Source: Macrostomum hystrix (taxonomy: Eukaryota > Animalia > Platyhelminthes). From it: a stretch of DNA of 64,000 bases. The stretch lies in assembly GCA_950097015.1 (NCBI GenBank), contig CATNEN010000001.1, positions 13,826,001 to 13,890,000 on the forward strand, given 5' to 3'. Within the stretch, counting starts at the first letter, position 1. Each line of letters starts with the position of its first letter. The position numbers and the translations under genes were made by a program. The notes beneath the pieces are model-generated. The model did no database searches, had not been told where the DNA came from, and saw only the letters and a program-made list of their open reading frames with translations. Of the stretch, positions 12,001-22,677 are shown piece by piece.

Positions 12001-15000
12001 CAGTAGATAAAGTAGACAGGAGAGTAGATAAAGTAGACAGGAGAGTAGATAAAGTAGACAGGGGAGTAGATAAATTAGACAGGAGAATAGATAAAGTAGA
12101 CAGGAAAGTAGATAAAGTAGACAGAACAGAAGATAAAGTAGACAGTACAGTAGATAAAGTAGACAGGAGAGTAGATAAAGTAGACAGTACAGTAGATAAA
12201 GTAGACAGAACAGTAGATAAAGTAGACAGGAGAGTAGATAAAGTAGACAGGAGAGTAGATAAAGTAGACAGGGGAGTAGATAAATTAGACAGGAGAATAG
12301 ATAAAGTAGACAGGAAAGTAGATAAAGTAGACAGAACAGAAGATAAAGTAGACAGTACAGTAGATAAAGTAGACAGGAGAGTAGATAAAGTAGACAGGAG
12401 AGAAGATAAAGTAGACAGAACAGTAGATAAAGTAGACAGAACAGTAGATAAAGTAGACAGAACAGTAGATAAAGTAGACAGGAGAGTAGATAAAGTAGAC
12501 AGGAAAGTAGATAAAGTAGACAGGAGATTAGATAAAGTAGACAGGAAAGTAGATGAAGTAGACAGGAGATTAGATAAAGTAGACAGGAAAGTAGATAAAG
12601 TAGACAGGAGAGTAGATAAAGTAGACAGGAGAGAAGATAAAGTAGACAGGAGAGTAGATAAAGTAGACAGGAGAGTAGATAAAGTAGACAGGAGAGTAGA
12701 TAAAGTAGACAGGAAAGTAGATAAAGTAGACAGGAGATTAGAAAAGATAGACAAGGAAGTAGAAAGCCCTGATACAAGAGTAGACAAGGTTGACAGGAGA
12801 GTGGATCAGGTAGAAAAAATACGATATTGCATAATTACAAAATAGGATAATGGTGGGAGTAGACGGTAAAAACACAATCCAAGAAAATTCTCCTCTTAAA
12901 AGACACAAAGTGAGAGAACTGCAATTCTTCCTGCGCCATGATTATCACGCGCGCATCGCTAAGTTAAATATTTATACAGTTTGAAATACAAATATTTATG
13001 CACTTAGAACCTGGTTGTTGTCTCGTCTAGTCTCCGTGAAATATTTCATTATTGGTTTATTGGTTCGTGAAATTAACCGCAGCGAGTTTTAAATTGCTAT
13101 TTATATTTAGAACACGAGTATCATATAGATTTACGCAAAGACTGAGATGTCTGAGAAGTGCAAAGAATTCCAACAGTGACCTGTACTGTGTTCTGCAGTC
13201 TGTCTTTTTCATCCTCCATTGCCGGGCAGACCCGAAGTGCTCTCGCACTTATAAATGCTTTGCTCGGGTCTGGTTGCAATATTATTATTCCCCGATCCAG
13301 ATGGAGTTTTTGTTATCTTGCAGCAGCAGCATTTGGGACTTCGTCTAAAACATTTTTCATTTGCCCAATTTCAGGCTCCCACTCTGAGCCAGTAAAATTC
13401 GCGGTCGAATCGCTACCGAGCGGTTATTCTGGTCAGAGCTATCTGCTGAGAAGGGTTACTGCTTCTCAGAACAGCACGAGCTCACCCATACTGCTGTGCC
13501 AGATGGCCCTAGGTCGCCAGCCAATCAGCGCGGCCGGAGAAATCGATACTCCCTATGAGTCATCAGGCCAGCCAATCAGCGCGGCCGGAGAAATCGATAC
13601 TCCTTATGAGTCATCAGGCCAGCCAATCAGCGCGGCCGGAGAAATCGATACTCCCCACGCGTCTTTAATCCAGCCAATCAGAGCCATTCCTGCGCCTGAA
13701 GATCTTCCAACCCAGGAAGCGTTTCTCGTCGCTCAACTGTCCAATCAGCTTGATCCGGCTCAGCGCCGGTACATCAGTGGCCGCCTAATCGAAGCCCGCA
13801 ACTCGCCTATCGAACTCAGACCGTGCAGACCCACCGAGTTTTTCCGACTCAAAGCAGCTCAGGAACCGGCGGTGCAATTTTGGATTCGATTGAAACCGGA
13901 ATTCAAACCGGCCTTTTCATCCACAGAGATTCCGAACTGTTCGCAGCCACTTGTTGCACAAATTCTCACAGCATTCCTCAGCGACAAGGGCCTACTTCGA
14001 GGCGGCGAGGTGACTCAACCGAATGAGCAGTTTTCTAAGAAAGCCTCTCTGGATCATCGACTCGTTTTCGAAGGAGCCGCTGATCCGTTCGCTTGGAAAC
14101 TGTATCAGGCGCGATGCCTGAGGTCTGGTGAGTAACATTCTCATGCCAATTAGCTTTCAGTTGGGAGTGTATCTTCCTATTCTGTTCTACTTGAAGTTTA
14201 TCTGGCCCTGAGCCTCGACTTTTCAACAAATTAAAACTGGCTTATCGCTTTTATTACCTTTATACGAGGGGTACTTCGCTATCTTACTTCATTAGATTTT
14301 TGCTAACCTTTTCTGCAAATATTATCCATATTTTCCTCTTTCGAATAAGCCTTCCCTCCTTATCCAATCTACCTTCTCTCCTTATCCAATCTACCTTCCC
14401 TCCTTATCCAATCTACCTTCTCTCCTTATCCAATCTACCTTCTCTCCTTATCCAATCTACCTTCTCTCCTTATCCAATCTACCTTCTCTCCTTATCCAAT
14501 CTACCTTCTCTCCTTATCCAATCTACCTTCTCTCCTTATCCAATCTACCTTCTCTCCTTATCCAATCTACCTTCTCTCCTTATCCAATCTACCTTCTCTC
14601 CTTATCCAATCTCCCTTCTCTACTTGTACAATCTACCTTCCCTCCTCATCCAATCTACCTTCTCTCCTTATCCAATCTACCTTCTCTCCTTATCCAATCT
14701 ACCTTCCCTCCTTATCCAATCTACCTTCTCTCCTTATCCAATCTCCCTTCTCTACTTGTACAATCTACCTTCTCTCCTTATCCAATCTACCTTCTCTCCT
14801 TATCCAATCTACCTTCTCTCCTTATCCAATCTACCTTCTCTCCTTATCCAATCTAACTTCTCTCCTTATCCAATCTACCTTCTCTCCTTATCCAATCTAC
14901 CTTCTCTCCTTATCCAATCTACCTTCTCTCCTTATCCAATCTACCTTCTCTCCTTATCCAATCTACCTTCTCTCCTTATCCAATCTACCTTCTCTCCTTA

Positions 15001-17735
15001 TCCAATCTACCTTCTCTACTTGTACAATCTCCCTTCTCTACTTATACAATCTACCTTCCCTCCTTATCCAATCTATCTTCTCTACTTGTACAATCTACCT
15101 TCCCTCCTTATCCAATCTACCTTCTCTACTTGTACAATCTACCTTCCCTCCTCATCCAATCTACCTTCTCTCCTTATCCAATCTACCTTCTCTCCTTATC
15201 CAATCTACCTTCCCTCCTTATCCAATCTACCTTCTCTCCTTATCCAATCTACCTTCCCTCCTTATCCAATCTACCTTCTCTCCTTATCCAATCTACCTTC
15301 TCTCCTTATCCAATCTACCTTCTCTCCTTATCCAATCTACCTTCTCTCCTTATCCAATCTACCTTCTCTCCTTATCCAATCTACCTTCTCTCCTTATCCA
15401 ATCTACCTTCTCTACTTGTACAATCTCCCTTCTCTACTTATACAATCTACCTTCCCTCCTTATCCAATCTATCTTCTCTACTTGTACAATCTACCTTCCC
15501 TCCTTATCCAATCTACCTTCTCTACTTGTACAATCTACCTTCCCTCCTCATCCAATCTACCTTCTCTACTTGTACAATCTACCTTCCCTCCTTATCCAAT
15601 CTACCTTCTCTACTTATACAATCTACCTTCCCTCCTTATCCAATCTACCTTCTCTACTTGTACAATCTCCCTTCTCTACTTATACAATCTACCTTCCCTC
15701 CTTATCCAATCTATCTTCTCTACTTGTACAATCTACCTTCCCTCCTTATCCAAACTACCTTCTTTACTTGTACAATCTACCTTCCCTCCTTATCCAATCT
15801 ACCTTCTCTACTTATCCAATCTACCTTCCCTCCTTATCCAATCTACCTTCTCTCCTTATCCAATCTACCTTCTCTCTTTATCCAATCTACCTTCTCTCCT
15901 TATCCAATCTACCTTCTCTCCTTATCCAATCTACCTTCTCTACTTGTACAATCTCCCTTCTCTACTTATACAATCTACCTTCCCTCCTTATCCAATCTAT
16001 CTTCTCTACTTGTACAATCTACCTTCCCTCCTTATCCAAACTACCTTCTTTACTTGTACAATCTACCTTCCCTCCTTATCCAATCTACCTTCTCTACTTG
16101 TACAATCTACCTTCCCTCCTCATCCAATCTACCTTCTCTACTTGTACAATCTACCTTCCCTCCTTATCCAATCTACCTTCTCTACTTATACAATCTACCT
16201 TCCCTCCTTATCCAATCTACCTTCTCTACTTGTACAATCTACCTTCCCTCAATAGGAGACCAAATAAGGTCTTATTTTTGTTCTGCGCGATAGAATGCAC
16301 TTTTGTGTGTTGACTTCCTGACATTGCACATGCAGACTGAGTTTATTGTCACTGTGTGCGCTTTTCAGAGTAAACGTTTTTTGCTCTGTTGACATTTTCT
16401 ATTCTATTTCTGATTTGCTTCGTTTATTTAGACTTTGGCTTTCTTTAGCTTCTTTAATAAAGTTTTTTAAAGGGAATAAAGTGAATATAATAAAGTTATA
16501 CTCACTCCCTATTCACTCCCTACTCTCACTCCCTACTCACTCCCTACTCATTCCCTACTCACTCCCTTCCTCTCCCTACTCACTCCCTTCCTCTCCCTAC
16601 TCACTCCCTTCCTCTCCCTACTCACTCCCTACTCACTCACTACTCACTCCCTACTCATTCCCTACTCACTCCCTTCCTCTCCCTACTCACTCCCTTCCTC
16701 TCCCTACTCACTCCCTTCCTCTCCCTACTCACTCCCTACTCACTCACTACTCACTCCCTTCCTCTCCCTACTCACTCCCTACTCACTTCCTACTCACTTC
16801 CTACTTACTCCCAACTCTCACTCCCTACTCACTCCCTACTCTCACTCCCTACTCACTCCCTACTCACTTCCTACTTTCTCCCAACTCTCACTCCCTACTC
16901 ACTCCCTACTCTCACTCCCTAATCACTTCCTACTCACTCCCTACTCACTCCCTACTCACTCCCTACTCTCACTCCCTAATCACTCCCTAATCACTCCCTA
17001 CTCACTCCCTACTCACTTCCTACTTACTCCTAACTCTCACTCCCTACTCACTCCCTACTCACTCCCTACTCACTTCCTACTCACTCCCTACCCTCACTCC
17101 CTACTCACTCCCTACTCACTCCCTTCCTCTCCCTACTCACTCCCTACTCACTCCCTACTCACTCCCTACTCACTCCCTACTCACTCCCTACTAACTCCAT
17201 ACTCACTCCCTACTTACTCCCAACTCTCACTCCCTACTCACTCCCTACTCACTCCCTACTCACTTCCTACTCACTCCCTACTCTCACTCCCTACTCACTC
17301 CCTACTCACTCCCTTCCTCTCCCTACTCACTCCCTACTCACTCCCTACTCACTTCCTACTCACTCCCTACTCTCACTCCCTACTCACTTCCTGCACTCTC
17401 CATAGTCATACCAACTCTCACACCTACTCACACCCTTCTCAAAACCAACTCTGTCCCTACTCAATCATCACTCGCATCCCTCGCATTGAATGATTATTAT
17501 TATTCAGCAATAAACTGGAAGCTTCAAAGCCTTCTTAGAAATGGACAATAATTTTACAGTTTAAATCAGGTAATCAATATAATCAGATTTTGTTTATTGA
17601 AAATTCGCATCAGATGACAGGCACAGACTCAACTATGGCTTGCTGAGCACAACCCGAGGCCAACCGATTCTACTAGCCACTCAGCAGAGCGTGACTGCCG
17701 TACGGAATTCGCCTACTGATAGTAGCAAGATCTAG
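3049..17735 (+). CDS. ACOT8: Acyl-CoA thioesterase II (ACOT8-like) paralog 2; 4 exons join(3049..3146,3747..3904,13375..14127,17614..17735), 376 aa
   Basis: All junctions are GT-AG and phase-compatible (2,1,1). Motifs MYGGLLVAQA, HSVQAYFLRAG, PIELRP, FWIR, AFLSD, ASLDH. C-terminal SKI is PTS1-like. Confidence 0.8.
3327..3610. repeat. 27-bp minisatellite (GACTGAGGCAGACACTGAAGTATCAGG)n in ACOT8-like intron 1
   Basis: About 10 tandem copies. Confidence 0.95.
4490..4760 (+). mobile_element. Degenerate 3' fragment of a non-LTR retrotransposon ORF2
   Basis: Translation ENRTCPKYTDEVERPVRVLFKC...YVPIRDEFIKQVTGAVQNFNSLTAEYKMLYLMTQE resembles a decayed C-terminal zinc-knuckle region of CR1/L2/RTE-type LINEs. 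Confidence 0.4.
5010..5310. repeat. AT-rich (AAT)n low-complexity tract
   Basis: Degenerate AAT/AAC/GAT triplets. Confidence 0.85.
6415..7860 (-). CDS. Orphan rhodopsin-like (class A-type) 7TM receptor, single coding exon, nested antisense in ACOT8-like intron 2
   Basis: 481-aa ORF with seven hydrophobic segments. TM1 GLAIN, TM2 SITAANLL, TM3 end SMDLYLTVNHSMRY (DRY-like), TM4 W, TM6 FVLTMLP, TM7 SPIILY. Long ECL2 and C-tail. Confidence 0.85.
   Translation of the reverse strand: MLLFSTEKIIELVATMLGLAINAVTMVTLCSWGKRKLTNRTRLLVSITAANLLAAIGATIMLVNTIHRPDLNQFCLNWTDMLIEAARNSGTILIMLGLCSLSMDLYLTVNHSMRYQIYSTRITKVSIAGTWILGLCLGFLSVLINLAMSGDDNAKPSTAPTLCQSSERQFQTEGLIGNAGRKLTHDLQYQMRHTRTSAFIVRATVMPRLLIPALPPAPHSPLKMGSNNVTMLHLTRYMGHATQTVVTAVCLLVISTCLALICRRILRPTCGQSRATARRRRGAWTIFLLLLAFVLTMLPSLLGELFMLLQIVLHTKTEILQNEVSFIMYVQPYLYALSVSFTVASPIILYTRMREVRSSYRNMMFGLQRRLNRAGSGAIGGATDAAVTAAGTVAAAVTNDATVAARLLASSSQALKLASRRRVRQDLLEIPLDDLQEADSFELNGAACFDRSPLVSGLNKWTDENEMDEDSRQLIANSVSL
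8838..10127. repeat. 19-bp minisatellite (TAGTCAGGAAGGGAGATGG)n
   Basis: About 68 tandem copies. Confidence 0.95.
10377..10887. repeat. (CAGT)n microsatellite, about 500 bp
   Basis: Almost perfect tetranucleotide repeat. Confidence 0.98.
11540..12800. repeat. 21-bp minisatellite (AGTAGATAAAGTAGACAGGAG)n with higher-order variants
   Basis: Tandem repeat; explains ORFs 11369..12845 on both strands. Confidence 0.95.
14349..16250. repeat. 22-bp minisatellite (CCTTCTCTCCTTATCCAATCTA)n in ACOT8-like intron 3
   Basis: About 86 copies, with a CTACTTGTAC variant. Confidence 0.95.
16499..17400. repeat. 11-bp degenerate repeat (TACTCACTCCC)n
   Basis: Tandem repeat. Confidence 0.9.
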
Positions 17736-17889
17736 TTTTTTACCCATTTATACTGTTTTAAAAAAAACAATTTACTAAATACAAATCCTAACTGCCAAAA
17801 ATTCTTTTGACGTAGTAAAAATATTAGATAGTTTTTGAGACATTCATTTTCTTTTTATATAAAACAATTTATTGTGCTTTTCTATTGAA

Positions 17890-18512
17890 AATCCATGAGA
17901 TAATCCACGTGATAATCCATGCAATATTCCACGACATAATCCATGACATAATCCATGACATAATCCATGAGATAATCCATGAGATAACCCACGCGATAAT
18001 CCACGCGATAATCCATGAGATAATCAATATAATAATCCACGCGATAATCAATGAGATAATCCATGAGATAATCCATGTGATAATCCAAGTGATAATCCAT
18101 GTGATAATCCATGTGGTCATCCATGTGATAATCCATGAGATAATCCATGTGATAATCTATGTGATAATCCATGAAATAATCCATGAGATAATCCATGTGA
18201 TAATCTATGTGATAATCCATGAAATAATCCATGAGATAATCAATGAAATAATCTATGTGATAATCAATGAGATAATCCATGAAATAATCTACGTGATAAT
18301 CCATGAGATAATCCATGAAATAATCCATGAGATAATCCATGAAATAATCTATGTGATAATCAATGAGATAATCCATGAGATAATCCATGTGATAATCCTT
18401 GTGATAATCCATGTGATAATCCATGTTGTCATCCATGTGATAATCCATGAGATAATCCATATGATAATCTATGTGATAATCCATGAGATAATCCCTGAGA
18501 TAATCCATGAGA
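17890..18512. repeat. 12-bp minisatellite (ATAATCCATGAG)n
   Basis: Tandem repeat. Confidence 0.93.
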
Positions 18513-18907
18513 TTTCAAATTCATTAACTAGTAAATAGTTTAACAGTTGAGCTTGTAGTTATCGTGACCCCAGCGTCATACATATACTGCTCTAATTATA
18601 AAAATTTCATCAACCGGCTCTATCAGTGGAGTCAATATGTTTAGCTTGAGTAAATATTTAACATTGTTGGTTGGCTTGAGCACACAAAAGCACAGGTTGT
18701 TGAGCTACTGTGCCATGAGAATCTCAGTCAGTTTTTCTTAGCGATTAAATCAATTCCGTCTTGGATTGTGTTTGCTTGAATACACCGACGAGAGGTTACT
18801 GCTGCAAACGGACAATCGCTGAGTCTATAAAGAACCATTGTGCTCATCACAGCCTCTGTTTTTTTAAAGACATTTTCAACTCAAAGCAGCCGGCACAGAC
18901 TCAAGCC

Positions 18908-21900
18908 ATGCTCAAACTCAACACGGTGGAGCGTAACTGGAGAACACTGCTGGAAGCTCTTGACAGCATTGGCGAACACCTGCGGGACAACTTCGGGCAC
19001 TACGACAAAGTGTTTCGGAGGTGCGATCGATACTTCATGCAGAAGCACGGCAGGAAGGCTGACACACTGCAGGATGTCATTGTCATTCTCAACTGCAGGT
19101 GATCAGTACATTGACTATGACCATTGCTGATGGAACAGAGTGGATTGCTAGTCTACGCCATTGCTGATGTAACAGAATGGATTGCTAGTCTATTCCATTG
19201 CTGATGTAACAGAATGGATTGCTAGTCTATGCCATTGCTGATGTAACAGAGTGGATTGCTAGTCTATGCCATTGCTGATGTAACAGAATGGATTGCTAGT
19301 CTACGCCATTGCTGATGTAACAGAATGGATTGCTAGTCTATTCCATTGCTGATGTAACAGAATGGATTGCTAGTCTATTCCATTGCTGATGTAACAGAAT
19401 GGATTGCTAGTCTATTCCATTGCTGATGTAACAGAATGGATTGCTAGTCTATTCCATTGCTGATGTAACAGAATGGATTGCTAGTCTATTCCATTGCTGA
19501 TGTAACAGAATGGATTGCTAGTCTATTCCATTGCTGATGTAACAGAGTGGATTGCTAGTCTATTCCATTGCTGATAGAACAGAATGGATTGCTAGTCTAT
19601 TCCATTGCTGATGTAACAGAGTGGATTGCTAGTCTATTCCATTGCTGATGTAACAGAGTGGATTGCTAGTCTATTCCATTGCTGATGTAACAGAATGGAT
19701 TGCTAGTCTATTCCATTGCTGATGTAACAGAGTGGATTGCTAGTCTATTCCATTGCTGATGTAACAGAGTGGATTGCTAGTCTATTCCATTGCTGATGTA
19801 ACAGAATGGATTGCTAGTCTACTCCATTGCTGATGTAACAGAGTGGATTGCTAGTCTATTCCATTGCTGATGTAACAGAGTGGATTGCTAGTCTATTCCA
19901 TTGCTGATGGAACAGAATGGATTGCTAGTCTATCCCGCAACTGCACCCGCCACTCGCAGGACCCAGTCCCGAGCTCAGGTGTTCCTCAACGACTCAGACT
20001 TTGACAGCCTGATCACTCTGCTGAACCAGTTCTACCGACTTCGAGACGTGCATAACGCTATCACCTCGGAGATCCTGAAGCCGTTGTACCGCTATTACTA
20101 CCTGTACTTCAGCCAGGACAAGCAACACGAGCGTCAGCTTGAGTCCGTGATTAACGCTGCCAACACGGCGAAGATCTTCATCAACTCGGTGCAGGAGGAA
20201 AGCGATCAGAGGCGGGCCGCGCCGAAGCCCTTCGGCAAGGAGGAGGTGAAGCCGCATCGCAAGGTCTGGCACGTGCTCAGTTTCCTGGAAAACTCGCTGC
20301 TCGGCCTCAGGCCGATTTTGGAGCAGCTGGAGGACTGGCAGATGGAGCACCGGTTTCAACTCAACGGCCAGGAGATCGACTTCCTCCAGCCGCTGCTGTC
20401 GTATCGTTATAGCCGGGCGGAGCCGAAGCCGCGGGATCAGGAGGACGAAGACGGCACGTTGAGAGGTCGACGGCTGGGCCGGCTGAAGCAGCCGAAGCAG
20501 CTGCCGCGCCAGGAGGAGCCGAGACGATGGGAGGATCAGCTCAGAGTTCACGGGGAGCCAATCAAGGTCTGCTCACTAACCCCCACTCACCCTCATTCAC
20601 CCTCATTCAACCACATTCACCCTGATTCGCCTAAATTCACCCCATTCACCCACATTCACCCTGATTCACCCTCACTCACCCTCATTCACCCTCATTCACC
20701 CTCATTCACCCTCATTCACCCTCATTCACCCTCATTCACCCTCATTCACCCTCATTCACCCTCATTCACCCTCATTCACCCTCATTCACCCTCATTCACC
20801 CTCATTCACCCTCGCTAACCCTCATTCACCCTCATTCACCCTCATTCACCCTCGCTAACCCTCATTCACCCTCATTCACCCTCATTCACCCTCATTCACC
20901 CTCATTCACCCTCATTCACCCTCATTCACCCTCATTCACCCTCGCTAACCCTCATTCACCCTCATTCACCCTCATTCACCCTCATTCACCCCAAGGCCGC
21001 GCCCACATTTCCCAAGCGCTTCGGTGGGATGGTGAACAACTACCTGTCGGCTCGCGAAGATCACTACCTTCAGCAGCGCGTTGACAGCTACTGGGAGCAG
21101 CAGGCTGCATTGGAAGATTGGCGCAGGAGGCCAGTGATTCAACAGCACCTGCAGCAGCAACATCAGCGTCAGCAGCCATTGTTGGCCATCACAGCACCAC
21201 CTGGCAGCACTAGACTCCAAGACTCCAGCACCGGTGGCTTCCTGGACCAGATTTTGGTTGTCGGCCCGATGCAGCAGCCACACACGGCCAGCTATCACAG
21301 CAATGGGGATGTTCAGGTGAGGCTTCACACAATAACGGCTACTGATTGCAATGTCACTGACTAATTACTTTTCGTGTTCTTTGCTACTACTTGCTAGTTT
21401 GCTGAGTAGTAGTCAGTAGCGTATGCGGCTAACCTTGCTGGAAAGGAGAGATGCAGGGAGAAGGAAAGGAGAGATACGGGGAGAAGGAAAGCAAAGATGC
21501 AGGGAGAAGGAAAGGAGAGATGCGGGGAGAAGGAAAGGAGAGATGCGGGGAGAAGGAAAGGAGAGATGCAGGGAGAAGGAAAGCAAAAATGTAGGGAGGA
21601 CGAAAGGAGAGATGCAGGGAGAAGGAAAGGAGAGTTGCAGGGAGAAGGAAAGGAGAGATCAACTCTGCCATCAAACTAGCCCCTAAAAAATCACCAGAAT
21701 GCTCGGCATGGCCCGTCAGTGTTCATCACGGAGGAAGAGGACGCGGCCGGAAGTCACGGAGGGTCGCCTCGCTTCGGCGCCGTTGACGCAGGCAAGACTG
21801 CAGCCGCGACCTCCAAGCTGCCGCCGCTGGGCCAGCCGCTGCCGCGGTTGTCGGCGGAGGCGCCGGTTCGCGCGGTCCGCGGCTTCGATCCGGACACCTA

Positions 21901-22677
21901 CCTGGAGGAACTGCGCGGCACCGAGGCCAAGCTGCAGGTGGTGGCTGCCGCACTGAGGCAGCAGGAGGCCGAGTCTGCCGACCTTCTGGCCAAGATGGAG
22001 GGCGCTGGCAGGGGCGGCGGAGGTGAGATTTCCCATTCTATACACTCCCCTGTTCCCATCCCTTCTTCTCCCCTGTTCCCATCCCTTCTTCTCCCCTGTT
22101 CCCATCCCTTCCTCTCGCCTGTTCCCATCTCTTCCTCTCCACTGCTCCCACCCCTTCCTCTCCCCTGCTCTCATCCCTTCCTCTCCCCTGTTTCCATCCC
22201 ATCCTCTCCCCTGCTCCTATCCCTTCCTCTCCCCTGCTCCCATCCCTTCTTCTCCCCTGCTCCCATCCCTTCTTCTCCCCTGCTCCCATCCCTTCTTCTC
22301 CCCTGCTCCCATCCCTTCTTCTCCCCTGCTCCCATCCCTTCTTCTCCCCTGCTCCCATCCCTTCTTCTCCCCTGTTCCCATCCCATCCTCTCCCCTGTTC
22401 CCATCCCATCCTCTCCCCTGTTCCCATCCCTTCTTCTCCCCTGTTCCCATCCCTTCCTCTCCCCAGAGCAGGAGTTTATCAGTGTCTCTCTCCCGTCTGA
22501 TCAGGCAACGCGCCGTCTCTCGATGGCTCCTCCTCGCAGCAGAGCTTCGACTGGCTCCGAGTGCTTCGCCAGGAGAAGGAGGCCAGCATTCACAGTCTGC
22601 GTCAGCGGATGGACCTGCTGCAATTTCAGAAGAAGCTCATATTGAGCCGCTTGCAGGCGCCGCTGTTCACTTACTAG
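18908..22677 (+). CDS. Uncharacterised 538-aa protein with C-terminal coiled coil; join(18908..19098,19960..20566,20996..21316,21698..22022,22505..22677)
   Basis: Five GC-rich exons, all GT-AG and phase-compatible (2,0,0,1), giving an uninterrupted ORF. No family recognised. Confidence 0.75.
19121..19933. repeat. 37-bp intronic minisatellite (CCATTGCTGATGTAACAGAATGGATTGCTAGTCTATT)n
   Basis: About 22 copies filling intron 1. Confidence 0.95.
20575..20990. repeat. 10-bp intronic repeat (CCCTCATTCA)n
   Basis: Fills intron 2. Confidence 0.95.
21440..21658. repeat. 23-bp purine-rich intronic repeat (GGAGAAGGAAAGGAGAGATGCAG)n
   Basis: About 9 copies in intron 3. Confidence 0.9.
22045..22465. repeat. 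23-bp pyrimidine-rich intronic repeat (CTCCCCTGCTCCCATCCCTTCTT)n
   Basis: Fills intron 4. Confidence 0.9.

Noticed and set aside
11369-12845. 437-472-aa coiled-coil-like or hydrophobic ORFs (VDKVDRR / LSTLSTL)
   Set aside because: Translations of a 21-bp intronic minisatellite that is open on both strands; no unique coding flanks.
14300-16990. Large ORFs of 651, 387, 247 and 214 aa
   Set aside because: 22-bp and 11-bp satellite translations inside an ACOT8-like intron.
19121-19933. 37-bp repeats as a CRISPR array
   Set aside because: No unique spacers, no cas genes, and the context is a eukaryotic intron.
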